Assembly: GCA_963716255.1 (NCBI GenBank)
Contig: OY970303.1
Coordinates: forward strand, 5,728,001-5,792,000
Direction of reading: 5' to 3'
Source: an uncultured Gemmatimonadales bacterium
GTDB lineage: Bacteria > Gemmatimonadota > Gemmatimonadetes > Longimicrobiales > Longimicrobiaceae
Length of the DNA stretch: 64,000 nucleotides
In this document: positions 39,876 through 50,300 of the stretch, in pieces
How positions within the stretch are numbered: the first letter of the stretch is position 1
Layout: the number at the start of each line of letters is the position of its first letter
The notes under the pieces: generated by a model
The model's database searches: none
What the model saw: the letters and a program-made list of their open reading frames with translations, nothing else
What the model was told of the DNA's origin: nothing
Translations under genes and position numbers: made by a program

Positions 39876-40718
39876 TCAGGTCGCGCGGATCGCCTTCGCT
39901 TCGCGGGCTTCGCGCCCGCGGCGGCGCAGCTCGAACAGCTCGTTCACCATCATCCGCGACGCCGTCGCGAAGGCGCCCTGCTCGCGCAGCGCCGTGGGGG
40001 GGATTCCCAGGAAGTCCTGCATCGCGCGGCGCAGGCTGCTGTCGGACACGTACCCGCAGGCGTGCGCCACGCTGAGCACGGTGCGGCCCGGATCGTCCAG
40101 GAGGTCCGCCGCGAACAGGATGCGCATCCAGGCCATCACCCTGCGTGGCGGGGGAAGGTCCGTCCGCTCGCACCAGCGCAGCAGCGTCCGCTCCGAGAGG
40201 TGGAGCGAGCGCGCCAGGTCGCGCCCCTGACCGCCGGCCGCCGCGACCTCCGCGGCGGCCGCCAGGATGGAGCGGGCACGTCCGGACACGTACGGAGGCA
40301 GCGACCTGTCCAGCAGCCGCTGGATCGGGCTCCCGTACGCCGCCCGGAGCCGCTTCTCCACGGCCTCCGTGGTGTTCTCCTCCTCCATGTCGATGACTTC
40401 CGTCACGCCCCACTCGCCGAGGACGTGGAAGTCCCGGAAGCGGTCGGGGCGGAGCGACATGGCGGCGAGCACCGTCACCGAGGGGAACTCCCACAGGAGG
40501 CTGCGGAGCTTGGGCGACAGCTCCCGGCGGCTCGGCATCTCCATGTAAGGGTCCACCACCACGATGGCGGCGGGCGGGGCGTCGCGCACGGCGTCGCGCA
40601 GCGCGTCCCAGTTCGCCACCGACCAGCAGCGGAAGCGCGACGTCCCCACCTTGTGGACGCGGTCGCGAAACGCCTCGTCCGGGTGGAGAACCAGCAGGAC
40701 TCGGGATACGGATTGCAT
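39876..40718 (-). CDS. AraC-family regulator with N-terminal receiver-like domain
   Basis: C-terminal LA.SL.LSERTL.R...VA..CGY.S.SSLRR double HTH; N-terminal alpha/beta domain (IVVVDP). Confidence 0.88.
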   Translation of the reverse strand: MQSVSRVLLVLHPDEAFRDRVHKVGTSRFRCWSVANWDALRDAVRDAPPAAIVVVDPYMEMPSRRELSPKLRSLLWEFPSVTVLAAMSLRPDRFRDFHVLGEWGVTEVIDMEEENTTEAVEKRLRAAYGSPIQRLLDRSLPPYVSGRARSILAAAAEVAAAGGQGRDLARSLHLSERTLLRWCERTDLPPPRRVMAWMRILFAADLLDDPGRTVLSVAHACGYVSDSSLRRAMQDFLGIPPTALREQGAFATASRMMVNELFELRRRGREAREAKAIRAT

Positions 40719-40845
40719 GGCGTTGTCGGGATCTATCTGATTATTAGACGGACACGTGTTGGCTGAAGTGAAGAAACACACCAGATTGTATCTCAACTCC
40801 CGCCTGACAATTCACAGTGCCGTTCCCCCGCTTCAAGGATTCCAG

Positions 40846-41061
40846 ATGAGACTGGCCCGCCTGTCCTTCGCCGCAGTGACCCTGATTTCTCTCGTCGCGT
40901 GCAGCAACGACGCGACCGGACCTGTGGCACCGGTGCGCCCGGCAGGTCCGGTCCTCACTACCGGTACGATGGGATCCGGCATGAAGAGCAGCGCGGACTC
41001 TCTCATGGCCAGCACCAGCGGCGCTACGAGCGTCGTCCAGGGGACGATGAGCCCGATCTGA
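40846..41061 (+). CDS. 71-aa lipobox pre-peptide, candidate signalling-peptide precursor
   Basis: AAGGA RBS; MRLARLSFAAVTLISLVAC signal; repeated GTM motifs (TTGTMGSG and C-terminal VQGTMSPI). Confidence 0.7.
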   Translation: MRLARLSFAAVTLISLVACSNDATGPVAPVRPAGPVLTTGTMGSGMKSSADSLMASTSGATSVVQGTMSPI

Positions 41062-41067
41062 ACAAGC

Positions 41068-41135
41068 GCCGTCGTCCGGGACACCGGACGACGGCCTGAC
41101 GAAGTGGCCGCACGCTGAAGCGTGCGGCCACTTTC
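41068..41135. terminator. Two perfect hairpins between the convergent peptide and TPR genes
   Basis: GCCGTCGTCCGG/CCGGACGACGGC and AAGTGGCCGCACGCT/AGCGTGCGGCCACTT followed by T residues. Confidence 0.7.
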
Positions 41136-41138
41136 GTT

Positions 41139-42431
41139 TCAGCGTGCGGCCACGCTCACCTGCAGGGACCTGGCGAAGCTGTCCGCGAGATCGTCGGCAT
41201 GGCCCACCATCCAGGGCTCCGCGGACTCCTTCTCGTTGGTGAGCACCGACTGGCCCTGCTCCACCTCGGCCAGGCGCGTCTCGGCCTGCTCCCTGACCTC
41301 GGCCTCTTCCCGCGCGTCCGCCAGCATGATCGCCTGCTTCGCGACGCTCGCGGCAAGCTCCCAGTCCTGCATCATGGCGGCACCGTCGGCCAGCGCCAGG
41401 TACACCTTGGCGGACCGGGTGCTCCCGGGGCCCGCGACCAGCTCCGACGCGGCCTTCCACGTCTCCTCGTACGTCTTGCGGTCGCCCAGCCCGGCCGCCG
41501 CGACCGACATGTGCGCCAGCACGAGCGCCTGGTCGACGGCCCGCTGGAAGTGCGGGCGAAGCGCGGCGAGAACCGTCAGCGCCGGCTCGTAGCAGCCCTG
41601 GTTGATCCAGAAGACCGTCACGTCGTGGCCGAGCGCGGGAAGGCGAGGATGCCCGGCGCCGTAGGCCTTGAGCGCCGCGCCCGCCAGTTCCTCGGCGTCG
41701 CGGAACTGCATACGCTTCAGCGCGACCACGAACAGGTCGTGGAGCGTCATCCCCTGGACGCCCCGCAGCCCCTTCCGTTTCGCCGCCCGGTAGGCCCTGA
41801 GAAGCGACTTGTGCGCGGCGGGGAAGTTGCCCCGCTGGATGTACAGGTTCCCGAGACCGCCGAACGCCAGCGCGTACGACTCCCAGTCGCCGCCCTGGCG
41901 GCCGAGCAGGATCGCGCGGCGGAACCAGGTCTCGGCGCGGGGATACTCGGCGCGCTGGCGGGCGATCCGGCCCACCGCGTACGAGATCCTGGCGTCGTTG
42001 GAGCCGGTCAGTGCGGCCGCCTGCGTGAAGGCGAGGGCCGTCGCGAGCGCTTCGTTCTTCTCGGCCCAGTCCGCGATCTTGAGGCACGCCGAGGAAACCC
42101 GGCGCCGGTCGGCACCGGCCGGGTCGGCGAGGAGCCGCGCGACCACGGCGAGCGGCGCCCGGAGTGCGTCGTCCACCTCGGCCGACAGCAGCTTCACGCG
42201 GCGGCGCTCCTCCGCGCCAGAGGCGAAGAGCCCCTTCCGGCGGGCCGGGTCCGTCGAACTCCAGAGGAGCACGTTGCGGAGCGACTGCCAGAGCAGGATC
42301 CCGAAGTCGCCCTCGAACTCCGTCAGGACGCTGGAGCCCTCGAACTTCTCGTCCCCGCGGGTAAGCGGGGGCGGAACCCGCACCGGGCGGGGAGCACGGC
42401 GGGAAACGGCTTTGGACTGGGTACTCTTCAT
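41139..42431 (-). CDS. Tetratricopeptide-repeat protein (Rap/RRNPP-like architecture, no obvious HTH)
   Basis: TPR helices (YAVGRIARQRAEYPRAETWFRRAI; GLGNLYIQRGNFPAA; HDL/HDV motifs); AGGAG RBS. Confidence 0.8.
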   Translation of the reverse strand: MKSTQSKAVSRRAPRPVRVPPPLTRGDEKFEGSSVLTEFEGDFGILLWQSLRNVLLWSSTDPARRKGLFASGAEERRRVKLLSAEVDDALRAPLAVVARLLADPAGADRRRVSSACLKIADWAEKNEALATALAFTQAAALTGSNDARISYAVGRIARQRAEYPRAETWFRRAILLGRQGGDWESYALAFGGLGNLYIQRGNFPAAHKSLLRAYRAAKRKGLRGVQGMTLHDLFVVALKRMQFRDAEELAGAALKAYGAGHPRLPALGHDVTVFWINQGCYEPALTVLAALRPHFQRAVDQALVLAHMSVAAAGLGDRKTYEETWKAASELVAGPGSTRSAKVYLALADGAAMMQDWELAASVAKQAIMLADAREEAEVREQAETRLAEVEQGQSVLTNEKESAEPWMVGHADDLADSFARSLQVSVAAR

Positions 42432-43295
42432 TTCGGCTCCTCGGCTGATTTCGTGAGAAATCGTGGAGTCTGAGGGTTAGTGGACAACGTGGCGGCTCCG
42501 TGACGCTGAGATATAGTAATAGTGTCCGGTGGTGGACGCCATGACTTGAGCACGACTTTGGTGCCACCGGCTGGGAAGTGTTACCGCGGAGGGTATCAGA
42601 TTATTCAATCCGAAAACTTCCCGGGGGGGATGGAACCAGGCCGCAAATGCTTGATGCGACTGATTTTTTCCAAAAACGAGCAATTACCGGGCCATTGTGT
42701 CCCGGGCCCCGCCCGTTTCGAGCGAACGGACCGCCGGCATGATGGCCGGCAGATCCGCCCAACCCCACGGGCTCCTTCTGCTCCGGTGCCCCCAACGCAT
42801 TCAAGGGAAAGCGTTTGCTGGTTCCTGGCGGGCAACCAGCGTGTTTCCCGACAGGAGCTTTTCAGGACGGTCGCGGTGGGAAACAGGCTCCGCTCGGCTC
42901 CCGGCACATCTTTCCCGTCAGGGGTTGCGTTGGAAGTGCCGATTGCCTATTCTGGTCTGCGCGCCGCGGGTGGACAGAACGACTGCGGCCTGATATTTTG
43001 TTCCCAAACGGGAACATGGCGGATCTTTGACAGCTCGGGAAGGGCCACGGAAGGTCGAGACCGCGGGCGCATGTGCGTCCGCGACAGCAGTTATCTAATG
43101 CACCCGCCCTTCCAGATCAAGGATTTCGCGGATGCCGTCGGGCCGGGTGCCCCGTCCCCGACGACCGTCCGTTTCGCGGCTTCCCGGACCCGGCCGCCCC
43201 TCCACGGGGAGCGAGATCCGGGACCTGGCGCGGAGAGTCGTCTCCGCAGGATCGTTCCCGGTCCGGTCCACTCATCACCATCAGAAGGAGCCAGC

Positions 43296-43520
43296 ATGAG
43301 CAGCAGGGACGAGAAGGAAGATACCACGATCTACAAGGTGGTGGTCAACCACGAGGAGCAGTACTCGATCTGGCCGGCGCACAAGGAGCTGCCGCTGGGC
43401 TGGAACGAGGTGGGCGTGCAGGGGCTCAAGGACGTGTGCCTGGCCCACATCAAGGAGGTCTGGACCGACATGCGGCCCAAGAGCCTCCGCGAGAAGATGC
43501 AGGCGGCCGGCCTGGGCTGA
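43296..43520 (+). CDS. mbtH: MbtH-like protein
   Basis: [13 protein letters not shown]...PLGW...[15 protein letters not shown]. Confidence 0.97.
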   Translation: MSSRDEKEDTTIYKVVVNHEEQYSIWPAHKELPLGWNEVGVQGLKDVCLAHIKEVWTDMRPKSLREKMQAAGLG

Positions 43521-43619
43521 TCCCCGGCGGTTCCGGACCTGCGTCGCGCAGACAACCCCGGCGGGGAATCGCTCCCCGCCGGGGTCTTCACGCTCCCCAC
43601 GCACTCCCGCGAAGCACAG

Positions 43620-44405
43620 ATGAACCGTCCGCCCGCCGCCGATCCCTGGATCCTCCGGCGCCCACCCAACCCGGGTGCGCGCCTGCGCCTGTTCTGCTTT
43701 CCGTACGCGGCCGGCGGAGCGTCCATCTTCCGCGCGTGGCAGCAGAGCCTGCCGCCGGAGGTGGACGTCTGCCCGGTCCAGCTGCCGGGGCGCGAGAGCC
43801 GACTGCGCGAGCCGCCCTTCGACCGGCTCGCCCCGCTGGTGCGCACGCTCGCCGGGGTGCTGGAGCCTTACTCGGAGCTGCCGTTCGCGTTCTTCGGCTA
43901 CAGCAACGGGGCGCTGGTGAGCTTCGAGCTCACGCGGGAGCTGCGGCGGCGCGGGATGCGGCAGCCGGCGCACATCTTCGCCGCGGCGTGCCCCGCTCCC
44001 CACCTGCCGGACCCGGACCCGCCGATCCACGACCTGGCGGACGAGGAGCTGATCGCGGAGATGCGCAGGCTGAACGGCACCCCCGACGAGATCCTGCGGA
44101 ACGAGGAGCTGATGCACCTGCTGATCCCGCTCATGCGCGCGGACGCGGCGATCCACGAGACGTACGTGCACGAGCAGGAGGAGCCGCTGGACGTGCCGAT
44201 CACGGCGGTGGGCGGGCTCGGCGACCCGAAGGCGAGCCGCGAGGACATGGAGGCGTGGCGCCTGCACACGCGCGCGGAGTTCGCCGTGCGCATGATGCCA
44301 GGGGACCACTTCTTCATCCACACGGCGCAGGCGATGCTCCTCCGGGACCTGGCGCAGGACCTACACGGGGTGCTCCGCCGCGTGGGGGAGCTGCAGCGCA
44401 CGTGA
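43620..44405 (+). CDS. Type II thioesterase
   Basis: LFCFPYAAGGAS, QLPGRE.R, GYSNG (GxSxG), GDHFF. Confidence 0.93.
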   Translation: MNRPPAADPWILRRPPNPGARLRLFCFPYAAGGASIFRAWQQSLPPEVDVCPVQLPGRESRLREPPFDRLAPLVRTLAGVLEPYSELPFAFFGYSNGALVSFELTRELRRRGMRQPAHIFAAACPAPHLPDPDPPIHDLADEELIAEMRRLNGTPDEILRNEELMHLLIPLMRADAAIHETYVHEQEEPLDVPITAVGGLGDPKASREDMEAWRLHTRAEFAVRMMPGDHFFIHTAQAMLLRDLAQDLHGVLRRVGELQRT

Positions 44406-45163
44406 GCGCGGCGGGGGAGGCGTGGGGAGCGCCGCCGCGTCTCCCCCGGCTCGCGGACGACGTGGTCCACGTGTGGGCGGCGCCGCTGGACCCGCCCGCG
44501 GACGCGGTCGGGCGCCACGCGGCGCTCCTGGCGCCCGACGAGCGCGCGCGGGCGGACCGCTTCCGCTTCGAGCGGGACCGGCGGCGCTTCACCGTCGCCC
44601 GCGGGGTGCTCCGCGCCCTGCTCGGCCGCTACCTGGAAACGGACCCGCGCGGCGTCGCCTTCCGGTACGAGTCGCACGGCAAGCCCGTGCTGGACGGCGA
44701 AATCGCGGCGCACGGGATCCGCTTCAACGTTTCCCACTCGGGGGAGATGGCGCTCTACGCCCTGGCGCGCGGCAGGGAGCTGGGAGTGGACGTGGAGAAA
44801 GTGCGCAGGATGGAGGACGGGCTGGCCATCGCCGAGCGCTTCTTCTCCCGGGCGGAGGTGGCGGCGTTCCGGGCGCTCCCGGACGAGATCCGCGACGACG
44901 CCTTCTTCAACTGCTGGACGCGCAAGGAAGCGTACATCAAGGCGGTGGGCGAGGGGCTCTCCTTTCCGCTGCACGTGTTCGACGTGTCGCTCGCGCCCGG
45001 CGAGCCGGCGCGGCTGCTGGCGTCCCGCGATCCCCACCAGGCGGAGCGCTGGTCGCTCCGCGGGATCCCGGACCCCGCGCCGGGCTACCGCGCCGCCGTG
45101 GTGGTGGAGGGCGAGGGGTGGGATCTGGCCTGCTGGCGGTGGGACGGTGACGCGGGCGCGTAG
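44402..45163 (+). CDS. Sfp-type 4'-phosphopantetheinyl transferase
   Basis: GKP, FNVSHS, GVDVE, WTRKEAYIKA.G.G; GTGA overlap with the TE-II stop. Confidence 0.95.
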   Translation: MSAAGEAWGAPPRLPRLADDVVHVWAAPLDPPADAVGRHAALLAPDERARADRFRFERDRRRFTVARGVLRALLGRYLETDPRGVAFRYESHGKPVLDGEIAAHGIRFNVSHSGEMALYALARGRELGVDVEKVRRMEDGLAIAERFFSRAEVAAFRALPDEIRDDAFFNCWTRKEAYIKAVGEGLSFPLHVFDVSLAPGEPARLLASRDPHQAERWSLRGIPDPAPGYRAAVVVEGEGWDLACWRWDGDAGA

Positions 45164-45253
45164 CGCCGGCGGACCTTGCCGCGGCGGGGCGTGGTATCAG
45201 CGTGCTCCGATCCGGGCACCGTAGGAAATCACCGACACCAGGGACGACGCCGA

Positions 45254-45892
45254 ATGAAGACCCGCCGCACGCTGCTGCTCACCGCTCTGGCCCTCGGGAT
45301 GGGCGCCGCCCCGGCATGGACCGGGACCGCCCGTGAGGGCGCCGCTCAGGCCCCCGCGGCTGCCGCGGGGGAGTACGAGATCGACCCCAGCCACTCGCAG
45401 GTGCTCTTCAAGGTCAAGCATCTGGGGATCAGCACGGTGACCGGGCGGTTCCGCGACTTCAGCGGTACCATCTCGTACGACCCGCAGAACCCGGCCGCTT
45501 CGCGGGCGCGCGCGACGATCAGGACCGCCAGCATCGACACGGACAACGACCGCCGGGACAACCACCTGCGCAGCGCGGACTTCTTCGAGGCGGAGAAGCA
45601 CCCGGAGATCACCTTCACGACGGGGCGGCTGCGCGAGGCGCGCGGCGACGCCTTCAAGCTGGACGGGACGCTCACCATGCGCGGCGTGACGCGCCCGATC
45701 ACGCTGGACGTGGAGAAGGTGGGCCCCGTGCGCGGCCCGGACGGACGCGACCGCATGGCCTTCAACGCCACCACCACGCTGGACCGTACCCAGTACGGCC
45801 TGACCTGGAGCCGCGCGACGGAGGCGGGCGGGCTGGTGGTGGGGAACGACGTGCAGATCGTCCTGGAGCTGGAGACCGTCCGCAAGCCGTAG
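45254..45892 (+). CDS. yceI: YceI family protein
   Basis: IDPSHS...F.VKHLG.S.V.GRF, SIDT...RDNHLRS.DFF, G.LT.RGVT; signal peptide. Confidence 0.93.
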   Translation: MKTRRTLLLTALALGMGAAPAWTGTAREGAAQAPAAAAGEYEIDPSHSQVLFKVKHLGISTVTGRFRDFSGTISYDPQNPAASRARATIRTASIDTDNDRRDNHLRSADFFEAEKHPEITFTTGRLREARGDAFKLDGTLTMRGVTRPITLDVEKVGPVRGPDGRDRMAFNATTTLDRTQYGLTWSRATEAGGLVVGNDVQIVLELETVRKP

Positions 45893-45909
45893 TGCCGGCG
45901 GCCGGAGCA

Positions 45910-45942
45910 CCGAGGGCCCGGGGTTCTTCCCCGGGCCCTCGG
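45910..45942 (+). terminator. Hairpin after yceI
   Basis: CCGAGGGCCCGGGG/CCCCGGGCCCTCGG inverted repeat. Confidence 0.55.
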
Positions 45943-46019
45943 CGCGTCCGGCAGGACGGGCGGGTGCCGCGGAACGCGGCAGACGTTGCAGATCGCGGCC
46001 ATGTCGGGTGGGGTGCCGT

Positions 46020-46153
46020 CGCGTGAGGGATTCCGGCCCGAAGGGGCGAGACCCGGCGGCTGTTTGCCGGGGCTCGACTCCGTTAGCCCGCGTTGTCTGC
46101 GGGCTTACGGAGCCGAAGCCCGACCCCGGCGCCAGCCGGGGGCACGCCCGACC
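46020..46153 (+). repeat. Family-1 element, copy H
   Basis: Consensus match; variable stem AGCCCGC/GCGGGCT. Confidence 0.93.
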
Positions 46154-46168
46154 AGGCAGTTCGATCCG

Positions 46169-47074
46169 TCACTCGTCCGGCCCCTCGTCGAGACCGGACC
46201 GGTCGCCGGTCTTCGCCGCCTCGCGGAGCAGCAGCAGCTCGGCCAGAAAGGTGTCGGCGGCGGTGGCGAAGGCGCCCCTGCGGCGAAGCTCCGTGGGGGT
46301 GAAGCCGGTGAACTCCTGCACGGCCCGGCGGAGGCTGCTGTCGGTGGCGTAGCCGCAGCTGTGCGCCACGCCCAGCACCGACTGGTCGGGGTAGTCGAGC
46401 AGCTCGGCGGCGAAGAGCACGCGCACCCAGGCGAGGAGGCGGCGGGGCGGGGGAAGGTGCGACCGCTCGCACCAGCGGAGGAGGGCCCGGTCGCTCAGGT
46501 GGAGCAGCTCGGCGAGGTCGCTCCCCTGGCCCACCCGCGCGGCCAGCTCCGCGGCGGCCGACAGCACGGCCCGCCCCCGGCTGGACACGAACGAGGGGAG
46601 CGAGTGCGACAGGAAGCTGCGCATCAGCCGCCCCTGGGCGGAGCGGATCTTCCGGGCAATGCTCTCGGCGGTCTCGTCGCGGTCCAGGGCGATGATCTCG
46701 GCGACGCCCCACTCCCCCAGCGTGCGGAGGTCGTGGAACCGCCCGGGCCGGATCTCCAGCGCGGCGAGCACGGTGGTCGACGGATAGCGCTCGAGGAGGG
46801 TCTTCAGCTGGCCGGCCAGGTCCCTGCGCCCGGGCACTTCGGCGTAGGGATCGACCACGGCGAGCGCGGTGGGCGGCGCCTCGGCCAGGTACCGCAGCAG
46901 CGAGTCCCAGCTCGGGACGGCGAACCATTCCAGGCGCTCGCCGGCGGCCCGCAGCACGCGCTCGCGCAGCACGGGATCCGTGTGGAAGAAGAAGATGGGA
47001 CGCGCGGACTGCGAGCCTGGTCGCAAAATGGTCGGCGGACGGGGTGGGGAGATCGTGTCGGGGGTGTAGGTCAT
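46169..47074 (-). CDS. AraC-family regulator, paralog of 39876-40718
   Basis: Shared motifs VVDPY, LGEWGV, LPPPRR, CGY..DSSLRRA; divergent from NRPS line 2. Confidence 0.88.
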   Translation of the reverse strand: MTYTPDTISPPRPPTILRPGSQSARPIFFFHTDPVLRERVLRAAGERLEWFAVPSWDSLLRYLAEAPPTALAVVDPYAEVPGRRDLAGQLKTLLERYPSTTVLAALEIRPGRFHDLRTLGEWGVAEIIALDRDETAESIARKIRSAQGRLMRSFLSHSLPSFVSSRGRAVLSAAAELAARVGQGSDLAELLHLSDRALLRWCERSHLPPPRRLLAWVRVLFAAELLDYPDQSVLGVAHSCGYATDSSLRRAVQEFTGFTPTELRRRGAFATAADTFLAELLLLREAAKTGDRSGLDEGPDE

Positions 47075-47333
47075 CTTACGGGCGCGGCAGGGGGCTGTCC
47101 AGCGCCGGAACGGGGGGACCCGGGGAGGCCCCGGTGAAGGAGGGTGCGGCGCCCCTTGGGGCCTCCACATACTTGGCGGCACGACTTGAGTATCGGCCCG
47201 GTTTGCTGTATTCTCAAGCGCTGCTTTCCGTGCCGGCGCCGGCCGAAAACCGGTGCCCGCCCGGCCCGCGCGAGACTGCTCGCCGCGAGGCCCGAACCAC
47301 GCGGCACCACCGTCGCCGTTCCCGAGGATCGCC

Positions 47334-50300
47334 GTGCCGCGCAGCTCCGCCCCGTCGTCGTACCGCGCCTCCGGCTCCGGTGCGCCGTGCCTGCACGACG
47401 CCTTCGTGGCGTGGGCGGCGCGCGCGCCCGGAAGGGTCGCGCTGGTGCACGGGACGGAGCGGGTGACCTACGGCGAGCTGCTCGTCCGGGCGGAGCGCGT
47501 CGCGGGGGCGCTGCGGATGCGCGGCGTGGGGCCCGAGGTCCGCGTGGGTGTCTGCACCGGCCGCGGGGCGGAGATGGTGGCGGCGGTGCTCGGCGTGCTC
47601 CTGGCGGGCGGCGCCTACGTGCCGCTGGACCCGAAGTATCCCCGCGAGCGGCTGGACCTCGTGCTGCGGGACGCGGAGGTGCGCGTGCTGGTGGCGGAGG
47701 CGCGCCTGGTGGACCGGCTGCCGGAGCTCGGCGGCGAGGTCGTGGTCCTGGACGACCTGGAGGCGGGGTCCGAGGCCTTTCCTGGCAAGGCGGGTGCCGC
47801 GTCGGCGGACAACCTCGCGTACCTGATCTACACGTCGGGATCGACGGGCCGGCCCAAGGGGGTGCAGATCGAGCACCGGAGCGCCGTGGCGCTGCTGCGC
47901 TGGGCGGACGAGGTGTTCGCGGACGACGTGCTCGGCGGGGTGCTGGCGTCCACCTCGCTGAGCTTCGACCTGTCGGTGTTCGAGCTGTTCCTGCCGCTGG
48001 GGCGCGGGGGCACGTTGGTGCTTGCGGAGGACGCGCTGGCGCTGGCGACGCTGCCGGCGCGCGAGGAGGTGACGCTGCTGAACACGGTGCCCTCGGCGGC
48101 GGCGGCGCTGGTGCGCGCGGGGGCGGTGCCGGCGTCGGTGCGCGTGGTGTGCCTCGCGGGGGAGGCGCTGAAGCGGGGGCTCGTGGACGAGCTGTACGGG
48201 CTGCCGCAGGTGGAGGCGGTGTACAACCTGTACGGCCCGAGCGAGGACACCACCTACTCCACCTGGGCGCGGGTGCCGCGGCGGGACGCCCGGCCCCCGG
48301 CGATCGGCGGGGCGGTGACGGGGACGGCGGCGTACGTGCTGGACGAGGGGATGGAGCCGGTGGCGGCGGACGCCTCCGGCGAGCTGTACCTGGGCGGGGC
48401 GGGGGTGGCGCGGGGCTACCTGGGGCGGCCGGACGCGACGGCGGGGGCGTTCGTCCCCGACCCGTTCGGCGGGGAGCCGGGCGCGCGCATGTACCGCACG
48501 GGCGACACGGTGCGCGCGCGGCCGGATGGGGAGCTGGAGTTCCTGGGCCGGCTGGACCACCAGGTGAAGCTGCGCGGCTTCCGCATCGAGCCGGGAGAGG
48601 TCGAGGCGGTGCTCGCGTCGGCGCCCGGGGTGCGGGATGCCGTGGTCGTGCTGCGGGAGGACACGCCGGGCGATCCGCGCCTGGCCGCGTACCTGGTCCC
48701 CGGCGCGCCGGGCACGCTCGCCGTCGCCGCGGTGCGCGACTTCGTACGCGCGCGTCTCCCCGGACCGATGGTGCCCGGGGCGTGGACGGTGCTGGACGCG
48801 CTGCCCCTGACGCCCAACGGAAAGACGGACCGGGCCGCGCTCCCCGCCCCGGAGGGAATGCGCGCCGCGGACGAGCCGGCGTACGTCGCCCCCCGCACGC
48901 CCACGGAGCGGGCGCTCGCCGCGGTGTGGGCCGGGGTCCTGGGCGTGGAGCGGGTGGGCGCGGAGGACGACTTCCTGGAGCTGGGCGGGCACTCGCTCCT
49001 GGCCATGCGGGTGGTCGCGCGCGTGCGGGAGGCGCTGGGCGTGGAACTGCCGCTGGCGGCGGTGCTGGAGGCGCGGACGGTCGCGGGCCTCGCGGCGCGG
49101 GTGGACGCGCTGGGCCCGGCGGCGGACGCTTCGCCGGTGCGGTGGCACCCTGCGGAGCCGGACGCGGCGCCGCTCTCCTTTGCGCAGCAGCGGCTCTGGC
49201 TGCTGGACCGGCTGCACCCCGGGAGCCCGGTCTACAACGTCCCCGCGGTGGTGCGGCTCCAGGGCGCGCTGGACCGGGACGCGCTCCAGCGCGCCCTGGA
49301 GGAGATCGTTCGGCGCCACGATGCGCTCCGCACGACGATCGAGGTGCGCGGCGGCGAGCCGGTGCAGGTGGCCGGACCGGCCGGGCCGGTGCCGCTCCCG
49401 CTGGACGACCTGGCGGCCGCGGGCGGGGGCGAGCCGGGCGCGCGGCTGGCGGAGGCGGAGCTCGCGGAGGCGCGGCTGCCCTTCGACCTGGCGCGGGGGC
49501 CGCTCTTCCGCGCGCGGCTCCTGCGGGTCGCGGCGCGGGAGCACGTGCTGCTCCTCGCCATGCACCACGTGGTCACGGACGGGTGGTCGCTGGAGGTGCT
49601 CTTCCGCGATCTGGCGGCGCTGTACGCGGCTTTCGCCGCGGGGCGGCCCTCGCCGCTGCGGGAGCTGCCGCTGCGCTACGCCGACTTCGCCGTTGCCCAG
49701 CGGCAGCACTTAACGGGTCAGGCGCTGGCGAGTCTCCTGGACTGGTGGGTGCCACGCCTCCGCGGCGCGCCCTCGCTGGAGCTGCCGGCGGACCGTCCGC
49801 GCCCGGCGCGCCGCGGCCTCGCCGGCGCGGCGCACCGCTTCGCCGTTCCCGCCGCGGCGGCGTCCCGCGTGGCGGCGCTTGGGAGGGCGGAGGGTGCCAC
49901 GCCGTTCATGGCGATGCTCGCGGCCTTCAAGCTTTTCCTGGCGCGGCACGCGGGGGAGTGGGACGTGGTCGTGGGCTCGCCGGTCGCCGCGCGGGCGCGG
50001 CGCGAGGCGGAGGGTGTGGTAGGATTCTTCGCGAACACGCTGGCGCTGCGGACCGACCTGGCCGGGGCGTCGACGTTCCGCGAGCTTCTGCGGCGGGTCC
50101 GCGAAACGACGCTGGGGGCGTATGCCCACGCGGACCTCCCCTTCGAGCGGCTGGTGGAGGCGCTGGGCGGGGAGCGCGACCCCGGCCGGACCCCCGTCTT
50201 CCAGGCGATGTTCGCGGTGCGGGACCGGCTGCCTGAGCTGGAGGCCGGCGGGGTGCGGATGGAGATGCGGGAGGGGGAGACGGGGACGGCCAAGTTCGAC

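Noticed and set aside
43555..43585. Hairpin between mbtH and TE-II as another repeat copy
   Set aside because: It lacks the GAGA/GCTC base and the loop motif; more likely an ordinary mRNA stability or attenuation hairpin.
42522..45163. Long versions of MbtH (332 aa) and PPTase (696 aa)
   Set aside because: RBS and overlap signals support starts at 43296 and 44402; the extensions are not protein-like.
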